From: a virus | Lineage: Duplodnaviria > Caudoviricetes | Reading direction: 5' to 3' (one strand) | IMG/VR virus record: IMGVR_UViG_3300020177_000966 | Length of the DNA stretch: 64,000 bases | In this document: positions 26,897 through 36,457 of the stretch, piece by piece | How the letters are laid out: each line of letters begins with the position of its first letter | Numbering within the stretch: the stretch's first letter is position 1 | Position numbers and translations under genes: made by a program | The notes under the pieces: generated by a model | Databases searched by the model: none | Told to the model about the DNA's origin: nothing | The model's input: the letters and a program-made list of their open reading frames with translations, nothing else

Positions 26897-27468
26897 TTTG
26901 ACAGTACATATACTCTACAAGGAACTTTGCCTTTTAGTCCGGTTGATTCAAAAACTGATTCTAATATTAAGCCTGTATTTTTAAACAGTTGCCGCAATTC
27001 GTCATCATAAATTTCAACTGGATCCCACGGTCTAGCATTATTATCATCAGGACCGTAGCCGTGTTCTAAGTACAACTTACCAGTTGACTTTATTTGATCA
27101 GCCCAAACTTTAATAGTTTTAATAGGATCAAATGCATGATCAAATGCATTTGAATATACAATGTCAAAATATCCTACCCATTGATCATTTACTTCATTAA
27201 AGTCATGTTGTACAGTCATAGGAAATTCAGATGCTGTATGTGATACTTCAGTTCCAATAATTTCTGCATTAGGAAAGTTTTCTTTAAAGTAATATTGTTC
27301 TGCGGCATTGCGTGTGCCGTGACATAAAATTCTTTCTGCTTGTTTTTTATCTTCACAAATCTTATTAATTGTTTTCTTTTCAACGTAAATGTTTTTAAGT
27401 TTCTTTACATTAGCTTCTATTTGATTTTCTAAGTATTCATCATAACTTTTATATTCATAAACTTTCAT
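26893..27468 (-). CDS. SAM-dependent methyltransferase-like protein
   Basis: ILCHGTRN, IGTE, FDIVYSNAFDH. Confidence 0.65.
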   Translation of the reverse strand: MKVYEYKSYDEYLENQIEANVKKLKNIYVEKKTINKICEDKKQAERILCHGTRNAAEQYYFKENFPNAEIIGTEVSHTASEFPMTVQHDFNEVNDQWVGYFDIVYSNAFDHAFDPIKTIKVWADQIKSTGKLYLEHGYGPDDNNARPWDPVEIYDDELRQLFKNTGLILESVFESTGLKGKVPCRVYVLSK

Positions 27469-27483
27469 AATACACTCCTAATG

Positions 27484-28173
27484 TTATTTAATTCTCTGAA
27501 CAAAGCCGTGCATACTAGTGTGAATGTCATTAGTCCATTCACTCATAACTTGATACCATCCAAACTCTGCTGGATAAAGTTTATGTTGATCTACTAACTC
27601 TGTTACTAATTTTGTATTAAAGTGGTCTCTTCTATGTATAATAAAATCACAAGGCAAAAATCCATTCCAGTCATCTTCTAAATTTAATTTGTCTGCTTCT
27701 TCAACTCGACCTGAGCCAAATTTTGGACCTCGATTAGGTCTTGTCATAAATCCAACTGGTCCGTGTTCGTATGCTTTGCGCATCCAATTTTCAATAGGTA
27801 CCTGTCTATCTATTTCAGTATTCCAATCAACCCTAATAATTAAATCGTGATGCTTTGGTATTTTTTTACATATATCTGCATGGGCAATAATTGGTGCAAC
27901 ACCAAAATACATTTCGCCAATTTCTAATCCTTCGCCGCCTTTATGTTTTAAATATTTTGGGTGCTTTGAAGGCGGGTCTACTTGAAGTGGGTGATAATGC
28001 CACTTAGGATAGTGCATTGTAAATAATCTTTCATGCAACTCTCTAGGTACAAGATGTGTTTTATTAGTCCAGGTATGAAAATAAAAGTTGACACCGGGTA
28101 TACGTTGTCTTAGCATTGGCAATATATTTGATTGCTTATCATTAACTCCACTAATACAAATTGCTATATTCAT
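27484..28173 (-). CDS. hypothetical protein in glycan locus (possible transferase)
   Basis: MNIAICISG, FHTW, IIRVD; context. Confidence 0.5.
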   Translation of the reverse strand: MNIAICISGVNDKQSNILPMLRQRIPGVNFYFHTWTNKTHLVPRELHERLFTMHYPKWHYHPLQVDPPSKHPKYLKHKGGEGLEIGEMYFGVAPIIAHADICKKIPKHHDLIIRVDWNTEIDRQVPIENWMRKAYEHGPVGFMTRPNRGPKFGSGRVEEADKLNLEDDWNGFLPCDFIIHRRDHFNTKLVTELVDQHKLYPAEFGWYQVMSEWTNDIHTSMHGFVQRIK

Positions 28174-28868
28174 TTAAAAAACCAATTCCTTATGTTTACT
28201 GCAAACTGTTTGTGACTTACTACACCCGGGTGAACGTTATCTAACGCATTATCAATTTTAAACCCTGGATGCCAGCTAAATTCTTTATAATTTAAATTAG
28301 GTAATAGCATGTGTTTAAATTGATTAATGTGCATTTCTGTATCTATAAGCAAATGATAACTTTTTACCTTTTTAGATTCTAGTAATGCATGTACATGATT
28401 TATTCTATTAATTTGGTCAAACTGTGCATCATATTCTTCAAAAAATTCAGAAAAATACGTGCTTATATTTTGTTTGTATTGATCTACTTCACTTCCGTAC
28501 TTGTCGTTAATAGTTTTCCAAAATCCTTTTGACATTTTCTTTTCGACAAATGCTGGCATCATATGTAGATATTTGTCTTTGGATTTATAAATGGTTTGTC
28601 TTGCTAAACGAGTCCATAGCACTACTACAACATCGCCTTCATTAAATGTTGAATTAAAAATTCTATGAGCAATCATTTTATTTGATGCACCGGGTATTGA
28701 TCTATTATCTAAATGTTTTATTTGTAATAATTGCCGTAAAATTGAAGGCCATGCTAAAGCACTAGGATCTGGGCCTGCTTGAAGAACATCAGACTCGTTT
28801 ACACAGTCGGGTAACCCTTGTCCGTAAGTATGAGAACAACCGTAGGTTATTAACTGCGATGGTTTCAT
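28170..28868 (-). CDS. hypothetical protein, SGNH-like
   Basis: TYGCSHTYG, PGASN, DNVHPG. Confidence 0.6.
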   Translation of the reverse strand: MKPSQLITYGCSHTYGQGLPDCVNESDVLQAGPDPSALAWPSILRQLLQIKHLDNRSIPGASNKMIAHRIFNSTFNEGDVVVVLWTRLARQTIYKSKDKYLHMMPAFVEKKMSKGFWKTINDKYGSEVDQYKQNISTYFSEFFEEYDAQFDQINRINHVHALLESKKVKSYHLLIDTEMHINQFKHMLLPNLNYKEFSWHPGFKIDNALDNVHPGVVSHKQFAVNIRNWFFK

Positions 28869-30173
28869 TTAAAACAATCCTACATTGTTTAATACATCAA
28901 ATGGATCGCTACCAAATGTTGCTTCAAATTTTACAAGCATTTCTTTCTTCAATGCTGACTTTACTTCTTCAAATACAAACGCCCATTTTTCTTCTGGTAT
29001 GCATACTACTCCGTCAGGATCTCCAAAGACAATATCATTATTACGTACCGTAATACCATTAATAATTACAGGCATATTCATTTCTTCTAATGTGCCTTCG
29101 TATCTAATATCGTCTGGCATGCGCCCATGGGCAAACAACGGCAATCCCATTTGTGTTACACGATCTACATCTCTAGTTTGTCCATCTACAACTACACCTA
29201 CTGCACCACTACGGTATGCAAAGTGCGCATTAAGATCACCAAAGTATGCTTTATCTTTTACGTCAGTGCTTACAATAATAACATCACCTGGGGCTACAAA
29301 TTGATAACTGCCAAGAGCATCAAATATACCTTCCCAATGTTTTTGTTTAGGATCTTTCTCATCTTCTGGTAATGCTTTTAGTTTTAATGTTTTTGCATAT
29401 CCTAAAAATGTTCCGTTGTTCATTGATTTAATTTCACTACTTAAAAAATGATCAATACCGTGTTCTTTACAAATATCACTTAGTAAACAACTTGAAATTG
29501 ATTTACTTAACATCTTAAGTTGTTGAACTTTCTTTGCACGTTGTCCTGCACAAATATCTTTTGCAAAATCCAAATCTTCTTGATTATTAATATCAACTAA
29601 CTGCAACGGAGTTACAGACCATAGTAATGCATCAGAAGTATATCTTTTTTGTACAGGTTTACCATTTGTTTTAACAGCATAGAAACTCATTGCTTCTATT
29701 GTATGAATAGGTAAATCAACACTGTTAGGAATAGTTTGACCATATGTAGGTTTGCCATTTTCCCATAGATATAATTTTTGTTCTGAAACTGCAACTAAAC
29801 TTGTTTTATTACTTTTCTTTAATTCAGCTAACGCAGGATCAATAACAGTTTTATCAATAAAAGGTGCTGTACATAAAACTTGTACAATTATGTCTGCCTC
29901 AGCAACCTTAGATTCATTAGCAAACATAGCATGTCCATCAGTAGTATTATTTGCTAAACTAGAATCTCTATAATGATGCTTAATTGGCAAGTCGCTTGCT
30001 AACTCATGTATTTCTTTACTTTCGCTATCTAACCAAACTTCGTCAATTTCATCACACTTTAGTAATTGCTTTAATTTTCTTTTGAAGAGGTATTCACCAT
30101 CTAAAATTTGTAAATTTTTATTTTTAATTCTCTCGCTGGTTCCTTTTGCAGGTACAAATGCTATAGTTTTCAT
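28869..30173 (-). CDS. acylneuraminate/ulosonate cytidylyltransferase fused to RraA/HMG-aldolase-like domain
   Basis: FVPAKGTSERIKNKN, CTAPF, VDINNQED; C-terminal GDVIIVS...AYFGDL...GVVVDGQTRD...DIVFGDPDGVVCIP. Confidence 0.85.
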   Translation of the reverse strand: MKTIAFVPAKGTSERIKNKNLQILDGEYLFKRKLKQLLKCDEIDEVWLDSESKEIHELASDLPIKHHYRDSSLANNTTDGHAMFANESKVAEADIIVQVLCTAPFIDKTVIDPALAELKKSNKTSLVAVSEQKLYLWENGKPTYGQTIPNSVDLPIHTIEAMSFYAVKTNGKPVQKRYTSDALLWSVTPLQLVDINNQEDLDFAKDICAGQRAKKVQQLKMLSKSISSCLLSDICKEHGIDHFLSSEIKSMNNGTFLGYAKTLKLKALPEDEKDPKQKHWEGIFDALGSYQFVAPGDVIIVSTDVKDKAYFGDLNAHFAYRSGAVGVVVDGQTRDVDRVTQMGLPLFAHGRMPDDIRYEGTLEEMNMPVIINGITVRNNDIVFGDPDGVVCIPEEKWAFVFEEVKSALKKEMLVKFEATFGSDPFDVLNNVGLF

Positions 30174-30174
30174 T

Positions 30175-30894
30175 CTATTTCTTTCTAATAATATTTTCTA
30201 ATCTATCAACGTGCATAACATCTTTATGCTTAAAACCTTTGCTTAGATTTTTAAAAACAACGTCATGTATACCAAAGTGTTTTGTTAAATGTTTTATTGT
30301 AGCTACAGTACGTCTAAATGTGATTTGCTTCTTATCTTCTAATCGTTCAAGAACTAACAGTTGTTCTCTTGGCCCAGTTCCGTAGAAATGTGTACGCTCT
30401 AAATTACTATAATCATAATCAACACCGAGCCAATAAATTTCTTTAAATCCCATATAAAATGCTATAATAGAGGCATCAATAACTGTTGCCCTAGTAGTGC
30501 CCCATCCTTTTTCAATATTACTAGGAAATCCTTTTATTTCTACTGATTGTTTATCAGCGTATGTTTTAGGTATATTGACATAGTCTTCTCTTATGTTTAA
30601 TGTTGGATTAATTTCTGCTACTTTACTAGAATAAAATCTTGTAGCTTTCATATTAGCTAGTGCATCATATCTATGATTATATAATTCTTTATATACAATT
30701 GCGTCGCCAACAAAATAATAATCAAACTTTTTTAACTTAAGAGTATCCTTAGCATAAAAGGCCTTATTACATGCAAATACTATTTCATCATCTAATAACT
30801 CTAATCGTTCGTCAGATAAACTTGGTGCGCATCCTAAAATAAAACAGCGTTTACCTTTATGAATATTTTTAAAATCTTTTATTTCTTTCTTCAT
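30175..30894 (-). CDS. DUF115/Maf-like (motility-associated factor) transferase domain protein
   Basis: FKNIHKGKRCFILGCAPSL, FACNK, MGFKEIYWLGVD. Confidence 0.75.
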   Translation of the reverse strand: MKKEIKDFKNIHKGKRCFILGCAPSLSDERLELLDDEIVFACNKAFYAKDTLKLKKFDYYFVGDAIVYKELYNHRYDALANMKATRFYSSKVAEINPTLNIREDYVNIPKTYADKQSVEIKGFPSNIEKGWGTTRATVIDASIIAFYMGFKEIYWLGVDYDYSNLERTHFYGTGPREQLLVLERLEDKKQITFRRTVATIKHLTKHFGIHDVVFKNLSKGFKHKDVMHVDRLENIIRKK

Positions 30895-31382
30895 AATTCT
30901 GCCACCGCATAAAAAGAATGATTTAAATCGTACCCTTCTGTAACAAATACTTTATTAAATTTTTTAGCACAAAAATAATCTTTAATATCGCTTGGATGTA
31001 ATAAATGTACATGCTTTCTATTGTTCCACGGTTTCCAATACTGTTGATTAGGATGTGGCAGATACAAAAATACAATTCCGCCTTTATGTAATCTTGTTGT
31101 CCAATGATCGAGAGCACCTACCCAATCATTTAAATGTTCTAAGCAATGAGAAGAAAATATGTAATCAACCTTTTTATCTGGTAAATTATAAGCATCGTAT
31201 TCGTCATCAAATACAAGGTCAATCATTTGTGCGCCCGGATAAGCCCATTGTTCTCTATTACAACCAATGTCGAATCCTTTGCCTATACAAAATTGTTTTG
31301 CAAACGGAAACGCATACTGTGCGGCAAATCCTTTTCCTTGTAATTCAGGATATTCAACGCCGTTAAATTCAATTGTATTCAT
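30891..31382 (-). CDS. class I SAM-dependent methyltransferase
   Basis: GFDIGC, DYIFSSHCLEH, FLYLPH. Confidence 0.85.
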   Translation of the reverse strand: MNTIEFNGVEYPELQGKGFAAQYAFPFAKQFCIGKGFDIGCNREQWAYPGAQMIDLVFDDEYDAYNLPDKKVDYIFSSHCLEHLNDWVGALDHWTTRLHKGGIVFLYLPHPNQQYWKPWNNRKHVHLLHPSDIKDYFCAKKFNKVFVTEGYDLNHSFYAVAEL

Positions 31383-32136
31383 TAATCTTTGCTCCGTTAT
31401 CTCTAAACATTTTTAAATGATGTTCCCATTGACTTTCGCTTCTATTAGTATATATGTGTATATTCTCTGGTGGGAAATACATCTGAGCAAAGTGCATGTA
31501 ACCACTATCTACACCTATATGAGCTCTTGCCTTACTCATTACGTATCCAACATGCGTTGCTTTACGAAGTAATAGATTAGATGATTGTCCGCCTACAGTA
31601 ATTACTTCATATCCTAATGATTGCCACTTTTCAAAAATTAATGACAATTGATCAGGTTTTAATTTACGTTTCTTACTAGTAGGATCAAACTGTGCAGTTA
31701 CAAACTTTTTAGGTAATTTTATCTCAGACGACTTTGTAAAAGGTAAACACGGAAATGTTTTCATATATTCATCGACAAAGAAACTTGGCTGTAAAACTTT
31801 TTGTAATTTTCCTGGATACTTTTCGTAGTAATGTAATAATGCATCTGGATACGACTGCTGAACAAATTCTAAAAACTTTCCGTCATCTTCTTCAAAAAAC
31901 TCATGCACTTTTAAATGCAAACTATCCTTAGGAAATAAATCAATCACTTCACGCCAAGTATCAGGTTTATCTCTATTATATTGATGAGGAGCAATGTGTA
32001 AAGTTGCAGGTTCGTTATGTGCTAAACCGTAGTTGTAAGTTAGTAAACAACTATGTACAATATCGCCAAACCCTGGACAACCGTAAGGCAAGTGTTTAAT
32101 ACGAGTGCTCATGTATCTCATTACTACATGTTTCAT
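31369..32136 (-). CDS. GT9 (heptosyltransferase)-like GT-B protein
   Basis: GFGDIV near the N-terminus and HIGVDSGYMHFA near the C-terminus. Confidence 0.6.
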   Translation of the reverse strand: MKHVVMRYMSTRIKHLPYGCPGFGDIVHSCLLTYNYGLAHNEPATLHIAPHQYNRDKPDTWREVIDLFPKDSLHLKVHEFFEEDDGKFLEFVQQSYPDALLHYYEKYPGKLQKVLQPSFFVDEYMKTFPCLPFTKSSEIKLPKKFVTAQFDPTSKKRKLKPDQLSLIFEKWQSLGYEVITVGGQSSNLLLRKATHVGYVMSKARAHIGVDSGYMHFAQMYFPPENIHIYTNRSESQWEHHLKMFRDNGAKINEYN

Positions 32137-32918
32137 TTTATTGATTCCATTAGTGCAGGTACATTTTCTCCGTGCGCTGGCAATAAATCTTTAAGGAAAA
32201 AATGAACAAAGTATGCTTCGGGCAATCTTTTATCATCAATTCCTTTGTACAAACCATTCCATTTCCAATTCATATTAAGTGTAGGAATTTTTTCTTTTTT
32301 AACCCACCAGTTTAGTAACATTTGATCCGTGGACCATTTACGATAGCCAACTCCATCGACAAAGTCTTTAAACTCGGGTCTACTTAAAAATTCCTTTGGT
32401 GTTTGATCTTTTAGATATGGAAGAAACTTTTGACAATTAATTACCATTAATCCCATATTATAGAATTCAGCACCTAGTTCGTTCCATTTCCAGTCTACAT
32501 CTGTACATGGTTCAAATGCAGACTTGCTGTATTTTTTAATTTTTGATTTGTATTTTTTTGCACACGGTAGTTCACGTTCTGCAACCGCGCCAAAGGCATA
32601 TTCACTTGTTAGCTCTTCGAAAATATTTGGTGCTGTTGGTCTGATATAAATGTCGCTGTCTACAATTGCAACTTGGTCATATTTGTATAGATGCGAAAAT
32701 GCATTTTCTTTTTCAAAAATTGGTAGATACCCGAGGCGTTCAACAGCTTCTTTACTGCGCCCGGTCCGTTCAATATCTGGTCTAATTTTTAAAATAGGTT
32801 GTGTTTGAACTACATGATCAATATTGTATTTTGCACAATACTGTCTTACACTTTCAATACAATGCAAGTATAGTTTGCTTTGGGCACCAACTGCTACCTG
32901 ATAAATCATACGCTTCAT
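32133..32918 (-). CDS. GT-A glycosyltransferase (GT8-like)
   Basis: AIVDSDIYI, YNMGLMV, DQMLLN, WKWNG, VHFF. Confidence 0.75.
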   Translation of the reverse strand: MKRMIYQVAVGAQSKLYLHCIESVRQYCAKYNIDHVVQTQPILKIRPDIERTGRSKEAVERLGYLPIFEKENAFSHLYKYDQVAIVDSDIYIRPTAPNIFEELTSEYAFGAVAERELPCAKKYKSKIKKYSKSAFEPCTDVDWKWNELGAEFYNMGLMVINCQKFLPYLKDQTPKEFLSRPEFKDFVDGVGYRKWSTDQMLLNWWVKKEKIPTLNMNWKWNGLYKGIDDKRLPEAYFVHFFLKDLLPAHGENVPALMESIK

Positions 32919-33487
32919 GATAGATCCTTTGTAAAACTTACGTTTGTTTCATATGTGACTTTACTATACTTATCAAAGCGCATATCCACAATACCGTCGC
33001 ATAACATCCAGTCTGCTGGCATGACTCCATTAGTATGCACCCAGTCTAGTATCTTTTTTGCCCCAGTAGGCGTAATGCGATATGCTCTAGCACCTTCAAA
33101 CCAGTTACCTGCTGGTATAGGTTTTGCCTTGTTAAAGCCTTCAAATTTATATACATCACAATCTTCATATTCTCCCATTGGCTTTTTAAATACAACATCG
33201 TGCTCAAAAATACAAATAGGTGTATTAATGTTAACACACTTTTTCCATAAATTATATTGGCTTAAAAAGCATCCTTGTGTGCCAGGACGAGCTAATAGTC
33301 TTTTTGCTTTCTTATGCTCGATTGGATATAGATTATTTTGTTCGAGTGTATTAGTAGTACCTAATACACCTTCGTAGAGACTAATATTCCATCCATGTTC
33401 TCTACCTGTTTGTATCGCCCTATTTGCCATCTTGACACTAATAGGATATGATGGCAAGTAAATGACAAATCCATCATTTACTGCCAT
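32915..33487 (-). CDS. glycosyltransferase (GT25-like)
   Basis: GCFLSQYNLWKKC...IFEHDV, AYRITPTGA. Confidence 0.75.
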   Translation of the reverse strand: MAVNDGFVIYLPSYPISVKMANRAIQTGREHGWNISLYEGVLGTTNTLEQNNLYPIEHKKAKRLLARPGTQGCFLSQYNLWKKCVNINTPICIFEHDVVFKKPMGEYEDCDVYKFEGFNKAKPIPAGNWFEGARAYRITPTGAKKILDWVHTNGVMPADWMLCDGIVDMRFDKYSKVTYETNVSFTKDLS

Positions 33488-34337
33488 AATTTAACTCTCG
33501 TAATTCTTGTTCAATTTTAACTTTCCAATGATTTGGTAACCAACGTAGTTGAGCCGCTTTATAACGTTTGTCATTTTTCTTGCCGCCTTTACCTGTTGAA
33601 AAGATATCATCTTTTTTTAGACCCCAAGCATTCCACTTATATGGAATACTATGATAAGGTTTGTTTAATTCGTTATTCCATTGCGAGATAGTCTGCCTGA
33701 GAATATCTTGATCAATAAACCAATAACATCCGTCATCAAACCCTTGTTTCATGTTATCGCTAAACAATTTTCTAAAAAGTTGTCCGTCGTCATTGATTCC
33801 TAATGTTAACGCACTTGCAATAAACACATTTGTATCTTTTGGTTTAGGCATAATGCCAACGTGACAAGCAAGATTCATAAATGCTGATTGATGAAATCCG
33901 TTTCTTAAAATACTATCGCAGTCAATTTGAAAAACGTGTTGAGTTTTATTAGGAAATAATTCATCTAATCTCATAAATCTAACACTTGCAAGATAAGTTC
34001 TTCTTGCAATATAATCTAAATCAGAAGTCTTAAAAATATCAATGCCGTCTTTCATGCGCTTATGATTCTTTTTTAGATTAGTGTAAAATTTATTATCGAC
34101 ATCTTCCCATGTATACGTAAACTTATATTTGGATTGTAAATCATCTAACACAAGTTTATTCATGTTTCCTTCATTTATAATATGACAGTGTACGTGCATC
34201 CAACCTAGTGTTCTATTAATACTTTGTTGTAATGCAAATCCGTGTCGATCAAAATAATCGTAATCACAACTAAAGAATACAACACAGCTTTCACTTGCTG
34301 GCGTTAAACTTCCATATAATCTCGGTAACTCAAACAT
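33474..34337 (-). CDS. putative GT-A glycosyltransferase
   Basis: RFMRL, QIDCDS, WFIDQDIL. Confidence 0.55.
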   Translation of the reverse strand: MFELPRLYGSLTPASESCVVFFSCDYDYFDRHGFALQQSINRTLGWMHVHCHIINEGNMNKLVLDDLQSKYKFTYTWEDVDNKFYTNLKKNHKRMKDGIDIFKTSDLDYIARRTYLASVRFMRLDELFPNKTQHVFQIDCDSILRNGFHQSAFMNLACHVGIMPKPKDTNVFIASALTLGINDDGQLFRKLFSDNMKQGFDDGCYWFIDQDILRQTISQWNNELNKPYHSIPYKWNAWGLKKDDIFSTGKGGKKNDKRYKAAQLRWLPNHWKVKIEQELRELNYGSK

Positions 34338-35004
34338 CTGGTGCCATTCCGGGTCGATAACCTATTACTGCATTTTTTTCGCCGCGGCCTATTTTTCTAA
34401 TCATTCTATATCCTAATGGACTTAAAATTTCTCTAATACTATTAGCATGATACCCATAACGTGTTGGGTGGTCTTTACATTCATATAAGATTATAGGCCT
34501 ACAACGTTCAATGGTTTTTATTCCGCCCATTGCTACAAACGGTTCATATCCCTCAGCATCAATTTTAATAAAATCTACATCTCGCAGATTAAAAAAATCT
34601 AAAGGTTTTACAGGAATTGAACCTGTACTGTTTGGACGAACGTGTGTACTGAAACTTTTATTTGTCGTGTTAATTTCAACAGTTTCTTCTATTGCTCCTA
34701 AACCAACAGGATATGTTGTAACATTATCAACTTTTCTAACAGCAAGATTATGTTTCATACAGTTGTAAATCTGAGGATTAATTTCAAATGCATGAACGTG
34801 TTCAAAACTTTTTGCCATTTGATATGCTGTAATACCTACATGAGCTCCTACATCAACGGCAACTCGCCATTTTGCACACGAGCTCATTGCTGTTGCAAGT
34901 TCTAAGTTTTGATAGTTATTAATGTTACCTGCGCCTTGCTTTTTAGCAGACTTTAAACAAATGTCACCTTCAATACTTCTCCATCCATCAATTTCTACAT
35001 ACAT
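34330..35004 (-). CDS. FkbM-family methyltransferase
   Basis: VDVGAHVG, AFEIN, DFIKIDAEGYE. Confidence 0.9.
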   Translation of the reverse strand: MYVEIDGWRSIEGDICLKSAKKQGAGNINNYQNLELATAMSSCAKWRVAVDVGAHVGITAYQMAKSFEHVHAFEINPQIYNCMKHNLAVRKVDNVTTYPVGLGAIEETVEINTTNKSFSTHVRPNSTGSIPVKPLDFFNLRDVDFIKIDAEGYEPFVAMGGIKTIERCRPIILYECKDHPTRYGYHANSIREILSPLGYRMIRKIGRGEKNAVIGYRPGMAPDV

Positions 35005-35005
35005 A

Positions 35006-35776
35006 TTATTTTACCTGATATTTAAATGTGCATTTCCATGCAGTTCCGCTTGCAAATTCATTTCTTGAAAATTGACTCCATGCAATATGTTCAAGCATTT
35101 CTGAACGATCAAAATTAGTTTGTCCTTGCCAGTGTTCTACAGCACTTTGACCTAGTATTTTTATTGGCTTTCCTAAACATAGTGCTTCAACTGCCGCCAT
35201 ACTATGGTATGTGATTACTTGTTTTGCATTAGACATCAACGGCAAAACTTCTTTAAATCTTTGTCTACGCTTACCTTCTTTTTCTCTAATAACTAATTTA
35301 GTTGGTTGACTCTCATAATACTGTATAGTATCTCGTCTCCAGGTATCATAATCCTGTCCCAAGTATTTAAAAATATTACTATTGTTGGGCATTACTAAAA
35401 GATTATATTCTCCAATTGGATTCCAGTCTTGCCATAAGTTATCGTCAAATTCTAAAAATTCGCGCCGACTATGCGGTACAGGACAAGGCTTTGTATTTTG
35501 TAATGAGTTGTAACTGATTCGATAATAGAACGGAGTCTTGTGTCTATGATTGCCAATATAACCATTATCAATATGAAAGAAATTTAATTTAGGATTAGCT
35601 CGAATAGCATCAAATACCCAATCATCAAAAGGATGACTAAATGCAAGAAATCGATCTTCTTGTATTTCTTGAGGAGATTCTATTGTTATTGTATCGCACA
35701 TTCTGTACAAATACGTAAAAAGTTGTCCTCTTACTTCTTTTGAATTTTTAGGTACCTGAAACTTATATTGATGCAT
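35006..35776 (-). CDS. KpsC/KpsS-like putative transferase
   Basis: IDNGYIG, LLVMP, IREK, TYHSMAAVEALCLGKP; paralog of 23909-24775. Confidence 0.5.
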   Translation of the reverse strand: MHQYKFQVPKNSKEVRGQLFTYLYRMCDTITIESPQEIQEDRFLAFSHPFDDWVFDAIRANPKLNFFHIDNGYIGNHRHKTPFYYRISYNSLQNTKPCPVPHSRREFLEFDDNLWQDWNPIGEYNLLVMPNNSNIFKYLGQDYDTWRRDTIQYYESQPTKLVIREKEGKRRQRFKEVLPLMSNAKQVITYHSMAAVEALCLGKPIKILGQSAVEHWQGQTNFDRSEMLEHIAWSQFSRNEFASGTAWKCTFKYQVK

Positions 35777-36218
35777 CTTCCATGCCCGCAACTCTTAGTT
35801 TAACGACATTGGTAATTTGCCATTGTTTTTGATCAAGTGCTTTTAACACACCTAACCATTTGTTCCGCATAAGTGCAAACTCGTTAATAATCTTTTCATA
35901 GTCAACTACGTCTGTTTCACCGTCAACGTATTTTTCAACGTCACGACTAGATAGAGCTCGCTGATAATTTTCAAGATATTTTTTAAAATATGAGCTACGC
36001 AATCTGCGTAGCTCAATATTTAGGTAATTAAGGATTGCTTCAATTTCTTGAAGTTGATTAAACCGATGCTCAACAATGCCAGGCATTTCCGCCGCGGCTC
36101 GTTCTACATTGCCTGATAACTTACACTCATGCCTAGCTTTCACTAATTCAGTTTCAAAGTATGCAATCGCATCTGGAATCTTATTAATGTTACGGCTAAC
36201 TTCGCTGTACCATCCCAT
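35763..36218 (-). CDS. uvsY: recombination mediator UvsY-like
   Basis: LSSRDVEKYVDGE...KALDQKQWQITNVVKLRVAG; follows uvsX. Confidence 0.8.
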   Translation of the reverse strand: MGWYSEVSRNINKIPDAIAYFETELVKARHECKLSGNVERAAAEMPGIVEHRFNQLQEIEAILNYLNIELRRLRSSYFKKYLENYQRALSSRDVEKYVDGETDVVDYEKIINEFALMRNKWLGVLKALDQKQWQITNVVKLRVAGMEDASI

Positions 36219-36220
36219 AA

Positions 36221-36454
36221 TCATTCATCCCAGCCGTCATCTTCGACATCATAATCATCTGGTTCTTCATCTAAGTAGTAAGAGATTGCACTATCTAAGA
36301 TATCACATGCTCCCATTGAGTCTCTAAAATGTGTATCGTCTGCACCGTAATCTGCACATACATCTACAAATCTTTCGGCTACAGTTTCGATCTGTTTTTT
36401 ATCAACTGCTTCTTTAAACGTATTCCAAATGTCAACGATTAAACCACTGTCCAT
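36221..36454 (-). CDS. small acidic hypothetical protein
   Basis: 77-aa ORF between uvsX and uvsY. Confidence 0.7.
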   Translation of the reverse strand: MDSGLIVDIWNTFKEAVDKKQIETVAERFVDVCADYGADDTHFRDSMGACDILDSAISYYLDEEPDDYDVEDDGWDE

Positions 36455-36457
36455 ATA

